A program made the translations under genes and the position numbers. The notes beneath the pieces were generated by a model. It saw only the letters and a program-made list of their open reading frames with translations, was not told the DNA's origin and made no database searches. Shown piece by piece: positions 27,699 to 37,137 of a stretch of DNA of 64,000 nt. The DNA lies in contig JBAYGS010000002.1 of NCBI GenBank assembly GCA_041666545.1, positions 106,395 to 170,394 on the forward strand. Direction: 5' to 3'. The number at the start of each line of letters is the position of its first letter. Within the stretch, counting starts at the first letter, position 1. This stretch comes from Minisyncoccota bacterium. Lineage in GTDB: Bacteria; Patescibacteriota; Minisyncoccia; Phycocordibacterales; JBAYGS01.

Positions 27699-30550
27699 AA
27701 AAAGAAATTTTAGTCAGCGTCATAATTCCGGCGCGTAATTCCGAAAAGTATCTCGGCGCTTGTTTGCGTTCGGTTTTGGCTCAAGATTTTGAGAATTTTG
27801 AGGTGATTGCGGTGGACAATAATTCGACTGATGGGACCAAGGAAATCATTTCGGGTTTGGCGGAAAAGCATCAAAATTTAAAGTATGTTTTTGAGCCGAA
27901 AATCGGTCGCGGAGCGGCCCGGAATACTGGTGAAAAACAAGCCAAGGGGGAGGTAATTTTAATGACCGATTCGGACTGTGTGGCGCCAAAAGGCTGGGTA
28001 AGGGCCATGGCGGGGCCAATTTTGGCCAAAGAGGCCGTTGCGGTTCAAGGTGGGGAAATTGGGCTTAAGCAAAATTTTTGGAGTCGGCAGGCCGATTTGA
28101 GAGCTGAGGAGAGATTCGAAGCTTTTAAGCGGGGCGACCGAATGGTTATGGTGGATACCAAAAATTTTGCAATCGGCCGACAATTTTTGGAAAAATTGGG
28201 ATTTAGCAGCCGCAGTTTTGCGAGGGGTAATGATACCGACTTGGCGATTCGGCTGTTGAAAAAGGAGATTATTCCGGTCATCAAAAATGATATCAGAGTC
28301 GCGCACGAGCATTGTGATAATTTTCTGGCTGTGGCGCGCAAGTATTTTTGGGGTGGTTTTTGGTGCCAGAAAATTACCACGGCTCACCATTTCTTTTTAC
28401 GGCAAACTAATTTCTTGAAGGAAACTGAACAGGCCCGCAAGCCGATTCGTGAGTCGCTCTCTAATCTTAGGGCGACGATTTTTGACAAGGGTTTCGGGTA
28501 TTTGCTTTTCGATCTGGTGACCGGTGTGGCTTGGCGATTTGGCCTGGCCCGTTCGAGGCGCAAGTCGGCTCCGGTTTTAGGGAAGAAGTGTGAAAGGAGT
28601 TTTGATGAGAGTATTACGGTTTTGGTGCCGGTGAGAAATCGCTACGATTATCGGATTAAAAATTGTTTAAAAAGTTTGAGGGGCCAGTCTCATAAACAGT
28701 CTCTTTTAAAAATTATTATCATCGATTATGGCAGTGAAAAGAGACACAAAAATTTTTTTGGTGGACTCTGTGAAGAATTTAATGCCCGAGGCATTTGGAC
28801 CGGACGAAAAAATGAAGTTTGGAATAAATCAAAATGCCTGAATCTCGGTCTTAGGGAAGTAAAATCAAAGTATGTACTTGTCGCCGATGTCGATGTGGTT
28901 CTTGAAAGGAGCTATCTGGAGACCTGTGTCTCAATCGCCGGTGAATTTAAAGACGGGGTAGGTCTTTATCCAGGAATTTTGGATTGCTCTAAAGGTGCAG
29001 TTGATTCCGGTACGGATGTGGTTGGAAATTTCAATCGGCTCGTAAAACAATCGACCTATCGAGGCGATAAATATGAGGGGCACTTCCCGTATGGTGTCGG
29101 GATTTTATTTACCGAGACAGAAATTTTGAAGCAACTCGGCGGGTATGATGAATTTTATGAGAGTTGGGGTTCGGAAGATTTGGATATGATGAATCGGTTG
29201 CAGAATTCCGGCGTTGAGATTTTGAATGTTTCGAATTATACGCAAGCGATTCACCAGTGGCATGAGAAAAATGAGGGAGTAAGTAATGATTCGAATTTGT
29301 CGAGGCGAATTAAGCTAAACCAGCAGTACTATGAAAACAATTTTTCAGTCGTCAGGAATAATTCTAAGTTGGCAGCTAAATCTCCCAAATCTCTGCCGGG
29401 AGAATTTTGGGGCATCACCTCTTTTTTTAATCCGGCCGGTTACAAAAATAAGTATGAAAATTATTTGGTTTTTCGCGAGGAATCTAGGCGGCAAGGTCTC
29501 AAGCTTGTAGCCGTCGAGTTGGTATTTGATGGTGGTGAGTTTGAGCTCAAGGATAGTGATGCTGAAATTGTTGTCCGGATTCGAGGTGGCAGAGAAAATA
29601 TTATGTGGCAGAAAGAAGCGTTGCTTAATGTCGGCCTAAAGCATTTGCCCGGTGGTTGCGACAAGTTTGCTTGGGTGGATTGTGACATTATTTTTTCCGA
29701 TAACGATTGGATTAGGAAGACCTCGGAATTGCTCGAACAGTACAAAGTCGTTCAACCTTTCGAGAGGGTTGTCAGGATGGAGTCGGGTGTCAAAAAAATT
29801 GAAGAACACAAGGCTGGCGAGGCCAGTAAGAAACCGGTTGAGCCTAGTCTAAGCTTTGCTTTGGCCTGGAAGTTAAAAACCAACGAAATGGTGTCTGGGG
29901 ATTTCACTAAATATGAACCGGGTTTTGTCTGCGCTGCTAGAAGGGAAGTTATGGACAAGATTGGATTCTATGACAGGGCGATTACCGGGGCGGCCGATTC
30001 GGTGATGATTCGGGCTTTTTGCGGTTGGCGGCATTTTACAAATCTAAACGGTTTGTCGGAGGGCTTAATCAAAAGACAGGATCGCTGGTCGCTGTTGGCA
30101 TATAAGGAGGTTCAAAATAGTATCTATTTTATTCCCGGTGATATTTTTCATTTGTGGCATGGCACAATTCCTGAAAGGCGATATTCGTATAGAGATAACA
30201 TTTTGCGGGTGAGGAATTTTGATCCGAATTTTGATGTGACGATTAATCGAGACGGTATTTTGGAGTGGACAACTCACGATGAAGAGGTTAAGGCCGGGTT
30301 GAGGGAATATTTCTGGGTAAGGAACGAGGAGGGGAAGCTGAAATCGGTGGCGCCGAGTAGGATTGAGTCGGCTCGTAAACCTCGGGCACGACTTAAGATG
30401 CGCCTATTTTGGAGACAGGCTAAGATTGTTGCCAGTTTTGATTTGGGTGACGGCTATTTCAGGTTGTTGGGTTTGGTCGGACAGAAAATCAAGGGAAATA
30501 ACCAGGGATTATATTTGTCACTAAAAAGATATTTTCCGGATAAAAATTAA
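27695..30550 (+). CDS. Three-domain glycosyltransferase fusion (GT2 + GT2 + GT-A-like)
   Basis: SVIIPARN/TDSD; IIDYGS/ADVD/WGSED; WQKE.LLN/WVDCD/HLWHG. Confidence 0.8.
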   Translation: MKKEILVSVIIPARNSEKYLGACLRSVLAQDFENFEVIAVDNNSTDGTKEIISGLAEKHQNLKYVFEPKIGRGAARNTGEKQAKGEVILMTDSDCVAPKGWVRAMAGPILAKEAVAVQGGEIGLKQNFWSRQADLRAEERFEAFKRGDRMVMVDTKNFAIGRQFLEKLGFSSRSFARGNDTDLAIRLLKKEIIPVIKNDIRVAHEHCDNFLAVARKYFWGGFWCQKITTAHHFFLRQTNFLKETEQARKPIRESLSNLRATIFDKGFGYLLFDLVTGVAWRFGLARSRRKSAPVLGKKCERSFDESITVLVPVRNRYDYRIKNCLKSLRGQSHKQSLLKIIIIDYGSEKRHKNFFGGLCEEFNARGIWTGRKNEVWNKSKCLNLGLREVKSKYVLVADVDVVLERSYLETCVSIAGEFKDGVGLYPGILDCSKGAVDSGTDVVGNFNRLVKQSTYRGDKYEGHFPYGVGILFTETEILKQLGGYDEFYESWGSEDLDMMNRLQNSGVEILNVSNYTQAIHQWHEKNEGVSNDSNLSRRIKLNQQYYENNFSVVRNNSKLAAKSPKSLPGEFWGITSFFNPAGYKNKYENYLVFREESRRQGLKLVAVELVFDGGEFELKDSDAEIVVRIRGGRENIMWQKEALLNVGLKHLPGGCDKFAWVDCDIIFSDNDWIRKTSELLEQYKVVQPFERVVRMESGVKKIEEHKAGEASKKPVEPSLSFALAWKLKTNEMVSGDFTKYEPGFVCAARREVMDKIGFYDRAITGAADSVMIRAFCGWRHFTNLNGLSEGLIKRQDRWSLLAYKEVQNSIYFIPGDIFHLWHGTIPERRYSYRDNILRVRNFDPNFDVTINRDGILEWTTHDEEVKAGLREYFWVRNEEGKLKSVAPSRIESARKPRARLKMRLFWRQAKIVASFDLGDGYFRLLGLVGQKIKGNNQGLYLSLKRYFPDKN

Positions 30551-31332
30551 GACTGACTGGTATTTTCGGGTTTGAGTTTCATGGCCTCCAAATATTTTTG
30601 AAAAACGCTTGCTGGCGTGCCGATTTCTCGGATCTTACCCTGATCGAGCCAGATGGCTTTGTGGCAATTTTTCAAGATGCTTTCTTCGTCGTGACTCACG
30701 AGGATGACGGCGGCGCCACCCTTGATGAGGTCGTCCATCCTCTGCGTGGCCTTTTCCTTAAATTTGGCATCGCCGCCAGAAGAAAGGATTTCGTCGAGAA
30801 GCAGGATGTCGGGGCTTTGGTGTTTGATGCAGTGAATGACGGTCGAAAAATTGAGGCGGGCGAGCATGCCGGTAGAAAATTGGTAAACCTTCATGTCGAC
30901 AAATTCGCGCAGACCGGAGAAGTCGACGATTTCATCAAAACGAGAGCCGATGTCCTTTTGGCTCAAGCCCATGACGGAGCCCATTAGGTAAATATTTTCG
31001 CGCATCGTGAGCTTGGGGACGGAGCCTTGATTCACGCCTGTCAGGTAGACGGTCTTGCCACGGGTCGTGATTTGGCCGGAATCCGGCTGATAGACCTCGG
31101 CGATGAGGCGGAGCAAGGTGCTTTTGCCGGCCCCGTTTTTGCCGATGATGCCGAGGATTTCGCCGGCGGAGACCTCGAAAGAGATATCATCGAGTACAGG
31201 AATTTCTCTTTTCTCGGTATGACCGGAAAGGAGGCCGACGAACCGCGAAAGAGCGGTGTCGCTTTTCCTAAAGTCGGCGCGGAATTTCTTGGAGAGATTT
31301 TTGATTTCGATGCGTCTAATTTTTTCGCTCAT
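30547..31332 (-). CDS. Polysaccharide ABC exporter ATPase (Wzt/TagH-like)
   Basis: GKNGAGKST, FSTGM.ARL.F, LLLDE, VSHD. Confidence 0.9.
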   Translation of the reverse strand: MSEKIRRIEIKNLSKKFRADFRKSDTALSRFVGLLSGHTEKREIPVLDDISFEVSAGEILGIIGKNGAGKSTLLRLIAEVYQPDSGQITTRGKTVYLTGVNQGSVPKLTMRENIYLMGSVMGLSQKDIGSRFDEIVDFSGLREFVDMKVYQFSTGMLARLNFSTVIHCIKHQSPDILLLDEILSSGGDAKFKEKATQRMDDLIKGGAAVILVSHDEESILKNCHKAIWLDQGKIREIGTPASVFQKYLEAMKLKPENTSQS

Positions 31333-32099
31333 AATTTTTCGGCTAGACGATTTTTAAACTTTTCGAAAATCAAAAGGCCCAACAGGAAGACGGCAATACT
31401 GCCAAGCGTGATGATTGTGACAGTCTCGACGCTTGGGATTTTTTGATAAATAACAATATCTCTTGCTGCGGTGATGAAGTAAGAAAGGGGGTTCCAAGTG
31501 TTGAGCCGGTGTAGGGGGCTGCTCGGATTAATTGAATAAAAAATCGGCGTGGCGAACCAAAGTAGGCGAGTAAAGACGACCCAAACATTTCGGAGGTCAC
31601 CGATGTAGACACCGCAGACCGAAAGTATGAGAGAAATACCGGCTGTGAAAAGGGTGAAAAAAAATAGAATTATTGGATAAAAAATTAGCCAGCTGATGTC
31701 AACTTGAAAAAAGAAAGCAAAAATTAGCAAAGCGACCAGCTCGAAGAGGTGAGAGAAAATGAATTGCCAAACCCCAGAGAGAACGAAGGGTTCCATCTTG
31801 ATCTTAAGCGACTTGATAAAACCGGAGTGGCTAGAAATTACTTGGGTTGAAAAGCCGGTGACGGCGCTCCAAAAATTGAACATGATTAGGCCGATGAAAA
31901 GATAAAGCGGGTATTTTTCGATTGAGTCTTGGGCTAAGGTGCTACTGATAAAAAATAGAATTAGAAAAAAGACGAGAGGCTCAAGGAGATACCAAAAAAT
32001 GCCAAGAAAACTGCCCTCATTTCGGACTTTGAAATTCGCCTTGGCCAAGGAGAGGCTAAGCCCAAGGACGCTTTTTATTTCTTGGAGTAGGGGATTCAT
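31329..32099 (-). CDS. Polysaccharide ABC exporter permease (Wzm/TagG-like)
   Basis: S.LG..W..LEPL, TPIFY, NPL motifs. Confidence 0.9.
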   Translation of the reverse strand: MNPLLQEIKSVLGLSLSLAKANFKVRNEGSFLGIFWYLLEPLVFFLILFFISSTLAQDSIEKYPLYLFIGLIMFNFWSAVTGFSTQVISSHSGFIKSLKIKMEPFVLSGVWQFIFSHLFELVALLIFAFFFQVDISWLIFYPIILFFFTLFTAGISLILSVCGVYIGDLRNVWVVFTRLLWFATPIFYSINPSSPLHRLNTWNPLSYFITAARDIVIYQKIPSVETVTIITLGSIAVFLLGLLIFEKFKNRLAEKL

Positions 32100-33184
32100 T
32101 TTCTGATTCCGAATTTTGGCGGAAGGGGCGAGATTCGAACTCGCGTGGGGCTTACGCCCCCAACCGATTTCGAGTCGGTGCCGTTATAACCACTTCGGTA
32201 CCCTTCCATAAATTTACGATACCTATTCCAGATTTTAGGATTTGAAGACCCGATTTTATCCAGGTATCTTTTTATTTCCTTTTCCCGTCTCCAAAAAATT
32301 GCGAATCGGGTCTTCTGGGTTGGGTGAAAACCTAGATGCTCAAGTGACTCCTTGAAAAAGCCTAAGATCGGTAAAGATCTATTTGTAAAATTCATCCCAC
32401 TGTGAAAATATAGTTTATTTTTAATAAAATGTCTATCAACGTAAAAACAACCGTCTGTGTCGAACAGTCCTCTTAGGCAAGCCTTTCTGTAGTTGTCAGA
32501 TTTAGAAATCCAAGATGGCACCTTGACCTGTTCCCTGACCTTACTTCCGGGCGACAAGCCCATTTTACATAAGTAATTTACTGCCAATGTTCTCGATACG
32601 ATAACGTCTATGACGTTTGTGTTTTTCCGATATACCAATGAAGGTTTTATGTCGAAGACCTTTTTGATAAGATCCGCGACATATTTAGAGTATTGTTCAT
32701 CATCAATTTTGTGCAGAGTAATTACGATCTGTCTTCTTGTCATTCCGCCGTCACCTAAGATTATACCAATAAGTTCGGCCAGCCTGACCGAGTGGTCAGG
32801 CTCTTTGATAGCGAGAGGTGAGAAAAAAGTTACACCTTGGGCTCTCATGGTTTCAGATGATCTAATCCCGCCAAGTCTTCGACCATCCGCTGTTCCCGGG
32901 TTGCCGTACAAAGCCTGTCTCGTCAGCCCGCCAATTTTTCCGTTCGTTGACTTAATTTTTGATTCGTCAATTTTTCTTGCTGGCCTCGGTAAACTGAATG
33001 GCAATTTAGTCGAAACTGACTTGATAAAATTTTCAGGTAGAGCAGTTCTGCTATTTCGCCAGTCTTGAAGGCTACGTGTTGAGATACCGTAATCCTTTGC
33101 CAGCTTTGACCATGAACCGTAGGTGTGCTTTAGGGGCGTAAATATTTGATCCAGGTCTTCTTGAGTGAAAAAATATCTAAGCAT
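32096..33184 (-). CDS. HTH plus LAGLIDADG (two-motif) endonuclease-like protein reading through tRNA-Ser
   Basis: LAELIGIILGDG and CLRGLFDTDGC; N-terminal HTH; ATG 6 nt after TACAAT. Confidence 0.8.
   Translation of the reverse strand: MLRYFFTQEDLDQIFTPLKHTYGSWSKLAKDYGISTRSLQDWRNSRTALPENFIKSVSTKLPFSLPRPARKIDESKIKSTNGKIGGLTRQALYGNPGTADGRRLGGIRSSETMRAQGVTFFSPLAIKEPDHSVRLAELIGIILGDGGMTRRQIVITLHKIDDEQYSKYVADLIKKVFDIKPSLVYRKNTNVIDVIVSRTLAVNYLCKMGLSPGSKVREQVKVPSWISKSDNYRKACLRGLFDTDGCFYVDRHFIKNKLYFHSGMNFTNRSLPILGFFKESLEHLGFHPTQKTRFAIFWRREKEIKRYLDKIGSSNPKIWNRYRKFMEGYRSGYNGTDSKSVGGVSPTRVRISPLPPKFGIRK
32117..32207 (-). tRNA. tRNA-Ser(CGA)
   Basis: GGAAGGG/CCCTTCC-GCCA, long variable arm, anticodon CGA. 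Confidence 0.95.
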
Positions 33185-33348
33185 AAAACAATTGTAGCAT
33201 ACATCTATCAACGTCTCAGGCAAGATGCTGATTGTATAAATTTTTGCGATTTTCGCAAAAAATGCTATGCTCTCTGTGTTGTAGTTAGCTCTGTCTTTTC
33301 TCAATCCTTAACTACAAACTACCCACTACACACTACCAACTAAATGCT

Positions 33349-33393
33349 GGCCCTATCGTCTAATGGTTAGGACACGGCCTTTTCAAGGCTGTA
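33349..33393 (+). pseudogene. 5' fragment copy of tRNA-Glu
   Basis: 45 nt matching 33538-33582 with one mismatch; no 3' acceptor strand. Confidence 0.8.
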
Positions 33394-33537
33394 GAGGGGT
33401 GAGCTTGGGGTGGGACCCAAGCGCAAGGCCGGAGCGAGCGAAGGCGAGTGAGGCGGGGTCGCAGAATTTTTCAGCAGAAAAATATCTGTGACCGACTCAA
33501 AGGAGTCGAACCCGGTTTAGTTTGATAATAAAATATT

Positions 33538-33609
33538 GGCCCTATCGTCTAGTGGTTAGGACACGGCCTTTTCAAGGCTGTAATCGGGGTTCGACTCCCC
33601 GTAGGGTCA
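33538..33609 (+). tRNA. tRNA-Glu(TTC)
   Basis: GGCCCTA/TAGGGTC acceptor stem, anticodon TTC, GGTTCGACT. Confidence 0.94.
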
Positions 33610-33784
33610 CAACGCAAATGCGCAACCGCCGAGAGGCGGTTTTGCGTTGTGACCCTAAGCAGAGCTAAACGCTCTGCGTCGGGGAGTCGAAGCCTGTTTG
33701 AGTATTTTTCTAAGCTTCTGAAGCGTAAGAAAAATCCAAACAGGGTACTGACCCTGTAAGGGTCGAATCTCCCCGTAGGATCAC
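33595..33784 (+). repeat. Direct repeat of tRNA-Glu 3' end (33595-33610 / 33769-33784) with internal inverted copies
   Basis: ctccccgtagg(g/a)tcac twice; inverted copies at 33641-33657 and 33680-33691. Confidence 0.85.
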
Positions 33785-33800
33785 TAATAAATCGGGCCGT

Positions 33801-33834
33801 TCTATTCTAGCTTTTTGCAAAAAGCTAGAATAGA
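33801..33834. repeat. Perfect 34-bp palindrome, with related copies at 34109-34143 and 44834-44873
   Basis: tctattctagctttttg|caaaaagctagaataga. Confidence 0.9.
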
Positions 33835-33865
33835 GAAATGGGAGGTTGTGGTGTATAATTTTTGG

Positions 33866-34138
33866 ATGGCGATTAATTATCGAATAGTCGAAAGAATTGT
33901 GAAAGGTTTTGCCAATCACAATCGTCTCAAGATTCTTGAGTTGCTCCAAGCAGAGCCAGAATTATCGGTTATTGATGTGGCGGATAAGTTGGGAATCGGG
34001 TATATGAACGTTTCGGACCACATCCGTAAAATGAGTATTGCCGGTTTGTTGATGAAGCGTAGCAACGGACCGTTTGTACTTCACAAATTAACACCTCGAG
34101 CTGAGGGCATTCTAGCATTTTGCAAAAAGCTAAAATAG
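33866..34138 (+). CDS. ArsR-type winged-HTH protein
   Basis: FANHNRLKIL.LL, VSDHIRKM..AGL; ATG 6 nt after TATAAT. Confidence 0.8.
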   Translation: MAINYRIVERIVKGFANHNRLKILELLQAEPELSVIDVADKLGIGYMNVSDHIRKMSIAGLLMKRSNGPFVLHKLTPRAEGILAFCKKLK

Positions 34139-34479
34139 AGAAAGGGGAGTGGAGAAGTAGGAGAGAGAGTGGGGAAGGAAAGAAGAGAAGAAAAGAAAAA
34201 GAAGAGAGAAAGGGGAGGGAAAGGGGTGATGGTGGCGGGGTGGAGGTGGGGGTTTGGGTGATTGTAAAGCGGGGGTTTTGGGCGTATATTTGGTGGGTAG
34301 ATCTGGGGTCTGTGATTCAAGACCTACCTACCGGCAGGCAGGTTCAAGATTCAGGATTTAAGATATAGGTATGGAGATTGAAAAAGAAATTTTGGAAATT
34401 AGGGATAGCACGTTCGCGCTGCTGCGCTCAGTATTCCCTCGCTCGACGCTCGGTCAGAAGTTAGTGGCTAAAATATTAT

Positions 34480-34677
34480 ATGGATATTGGAAAGGAAATT
34501 GAGGATATCAAAATCAGAAACCAAAGGGTGGAGATGGATAAGGCGTGGGAGGTGAGTTGGACTCGCCGGCTTTTTATAGCCGGCTCGACTTATGTAATCG
34601 CCGGGATTTGGCTCTTGATGATTGAGGATTCTTTGCCGTGGCTTAAGGCTTTGGTTCCGGCGGGTGGGAGGAAGTAA
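34480..34677 (+). CDS. Small membrane protein, possibly truncated
   Basis: RN.RVE.DKAWE.SWTRR; a similar aborted start lies at ~34371. Confidence 0.45.
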   Translation: MDIGKEIEDIKIRNQRVEMDKAWEVSWTRRLFIAGSTYVIAGIWLLMIEDSLPWLKALVPAGGRK

Positions 34678-34853
34678 GTGAAAAGTTGAAAGTGTAAAGT
34701 AAAAAGTGCGGAAAGACGCTTTCGTTGCCGTTTGTCACATTCGGTCTACTGACCTCAGTATTTCCTCACTCGACGTTCGGTCACCGAAAAATGTGGGGCT
34801 AGAATAGGTTATAGCCACTAGCCAATAGCCAATAGGTTTGGGAAAAGAAATTT

Positions 34854-35507
34854 ATGACCAAGATCAAGGATCTTCAAAAAATTGATAGGCCAAGAGAAAA
34901 GCTGCAAAAGTATGGCGCAGGTAAATTATCCGACGCTGAACTTTTGGCAATTCTACTTCGAACAGGTACAAAAGATTTAAATGTTTTAAAATTAGCGCAA
35001 AAGATTTTACAAAAATTCGAAAATGAAAAATTTATTAATATCACAATTGACGAATTAAAGACAATCCACGGGTTGGGGCCAGTAAAGGCTTGTGAGATTA
35101 TTGCTTGTTTTGAGCTTGGAAGACGAATGTTGAAAGGTAAAAAATCATCAATTCTACTTTCTTCTAAAGATGTTTGGGAACGAATGGAAGATATTAGGGG
35201 AAGCAAAAAAGAGCATTTTGTAGTTTTTTATCTAGATAGTAGAAATCAAGAGATAAAAAAAGAAATTATTTCAGTTGGAACTTTAAATGAAAGCCTTGTT
35301 CACCCTAGAGAAGTATTTGAGGGTGCAATAAAAAATAATGCTTCTTCAGTTATTATTGCTCACAATCATCCCTCTGGAGATTTGGAACCCTCGCAAGCCG
35401 ATATTGAGATAACAAAAAAATTAATTCATGCTGGGAAAATTCTAGATATTAAAATAATTGATCATATTATTGTAGTAAATGATTCGTGGTCAAAGATTGA
35501 AGTGTAA
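34854..35507 (+). CDS. radC: RadC/JAB-domain protein
   Basis: RPREKL, ELLAILL.TG, VHPREVF, HNHPSG, DHII. Confidence 0.93.
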   Translation: MTKIKDLQKIDRPREKLQKYGAGKLSDAELLAILLRTGTKDLNVLKLAQKILQKFENEKFINITIDELKTIHGLGPVKACEIIACFELGRRMLKGKKSSILLSSKDVWERMEDIRGSKKEHFVVFYLDSRNQEIKKEIISVGTLNESLVHPREVFEGAIKNNASSVIIAHNHPSGDLEPSQADIEITKKLIHAGKILDIKIIDHIIVVNDSWSKIEV

Positions 35508-35519
35508 GAAAGTAATTGT

Positions 35520-37124
35520 ATGAAAATAAAATCAATAAAAATAAATAATTTCCGCTCAATCAAAGAAGTTGAAATAACTGGACCCCTTGATGATGTGTGG
35601 ACATTCGTCGGTCAAAACAATGCCGGCAAATCATCAGTAATGCATGCAATCAGAGCTTTTTATGGTGAATATGATGTGAAAGCCGAGGACTTTTGCCGAG
35701 CAGATGGTTCCAATAAGCCAATAGAGATTACTATGGAGTATAAGCTTTCCGACGATGAATTCTTACAGCTTCCTGAGCAATACAAATTACCCAATAATAT
35801 TCTTTCTGTAGTCAAAAGATATGCGAGAGATTCTTTGAAGGGTGAATCACACGGATTTACTAAAGATTCGACAACTAGTGAAATAAAGGAAGTAGAGGAA
35901 GAATTTTTTGGAGCAAAAAACGTTGCTGTGGGAAAATTAGGAACGGTTATTTATATCCCCGCTGTTAAAGATTTAGGGGAGGAATTAAAAAAGACAAAAT
36001 CATCCCTATTTTCAAAACTAATAAGTCGAATACTTACAGAGACGCTTACAGACCTTCCTTCGTGGAATAATCTTATTAAAAATACTGAGGAATTTGCGAA
36101 TGATTTAAAGAGTCCAGTTAAAGCGACTGGCGAATTTAGAAGTGTGACTGAGATTGAAGAAAATTTATCAAACCGACTTAGTGGTTGGGGTTTAAAATCT
36201 CAAATAACAATTTCCGCTCCTTCTCCGGAAGACATTATTTTGTCGGGAGCCAAACTAAGATTAATTTCAAATGAAACAGGGGTTGAAGAAGACCCAATGA
36301 ATCTTGGTTCAGGTGCCCAACGTTCGATTGTAAATAACCTACTTCTTTTGTGGGCTGAGATAGAAAGCAAAAAAATAAAGACTGATAAAAAGAAATTTAG
36401 CGGTGAGATAACCCTTCTCTTGTATGAGGAACCGGAGGCACTTCTTCATTATGATCAAGAGTGTAAGTTGTTAAGAAATCTTGAAGATCTTTCTAAGACC
36501 AATAACAGCCAGGTACTTATTTGTACGCATTCACCCAATCTCATTAGTGCAAAAAATGAATCTCTAAAATGTGTATCAAGATTTGTAAAAAATTCTGGTA
36601 TTTCTACTAAGTACAGTGCAACAGAAATTTTTTTGAATAATCTTAAAACAAATGCACCAGATTTTGATTTTGTACTTTGGCTTAACCCTGATCGTAATAC
36701 TATGTTTTTTGTTGATAAGGTTATTCTAGTGGAAGGCCCATCTGATAAAGCCTTCTTAAATTATCTTACGAGAGAAAATAGCCTTGATAAAAATTCATAC
36801 ATAGTTGATTGTGGGAATAAAAGCAACTTGCCTAATTTTATGAAACTATGTGAGCAGTTTGGCATCAAGCATTCCGTTATGTTTGATAAAGATGGTGATA
36901 CTTCAGCAAACCATAAAGCTTGGAATAAAGCTGTTGTAGATGCAAAAAATTTATTCACCGTAGACATTAAAGACTTCCCGATAGACCTTGAGACGTATAT
37001 TAGATTTGATAAAGTTCCAGTTACAGGCAAGTTTAAAAAACCTCTTGAAGTTCTACGCCAGTTAAAAGAAGGTAAACTGTCTGTTGTTCATAATACAGAA
37101 TTTGTAACTTTTTTAAATAACTAA
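35520..37124 (+). CDS. OLD-family ATP-dependent nuclease (ABC ATPase + TOPRIM)
   Basis: GQNNAGKS, GSGAQR, YEEPE, THSP, ILVEGPSD, FDKD. Confidence 0.85.
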   Translation: MKIKSIKINNFRSIKEVEITGPLDDVWTFVGQNNAGKSSVMHAIRAFYGEYDVKAEDFCRADGSNKPIEITMEYKLSDDEFLQLPEQYKLPNNILSVVKRYARDSLKGESHGFTKDSTTSEIKEVEEEFFGAKNVAVGKLGTVIYIPAVKDLGEELKKTKSSLFSKLISRILTETLTDLPSWNNLIKNTEEFANDLKSPVKATGEFRSVTEIEENLSNRLSGWGLKSQITISAPSPEDIILSGAKLRLISNETGVEEDPMNLGSGAQRSIVNNLLLLWAEIESKKIKTDKKKFSGEITLLLYEEPEALLHYDQECKLLRNLEDLSKTNNSQVLICTHSPNLISAKNESLKCVSRFVKNSGISTKYSATEIFLNNLKTNAPDFDFVLWLNPDRNTMFFVDKVILVEGPSDKAFLNYLTRENSLDKNSYIVDCGNKSNLPNFMKLCEQFGIKHSVMFDKDGDTSANHKAWNKAVVDAKNLFTVDIKDFPIDLETYIRFDKVPVTGKFKKPLEVLRQLKEGKLSVVHNTEFVTFLNN

Positions 37125-37137
37125 CTTTTTCATTTCG

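Noticed and set aside
34120-34368. ORFs over the purine-rich tract after the ArsR-like gene
   Set aside because: Low-complexity sequence; the MQKA.IEK starts come from the palindrome
35520-37124. Gabija system
   Set aside because: No adjacent UvrD-like GajB gene
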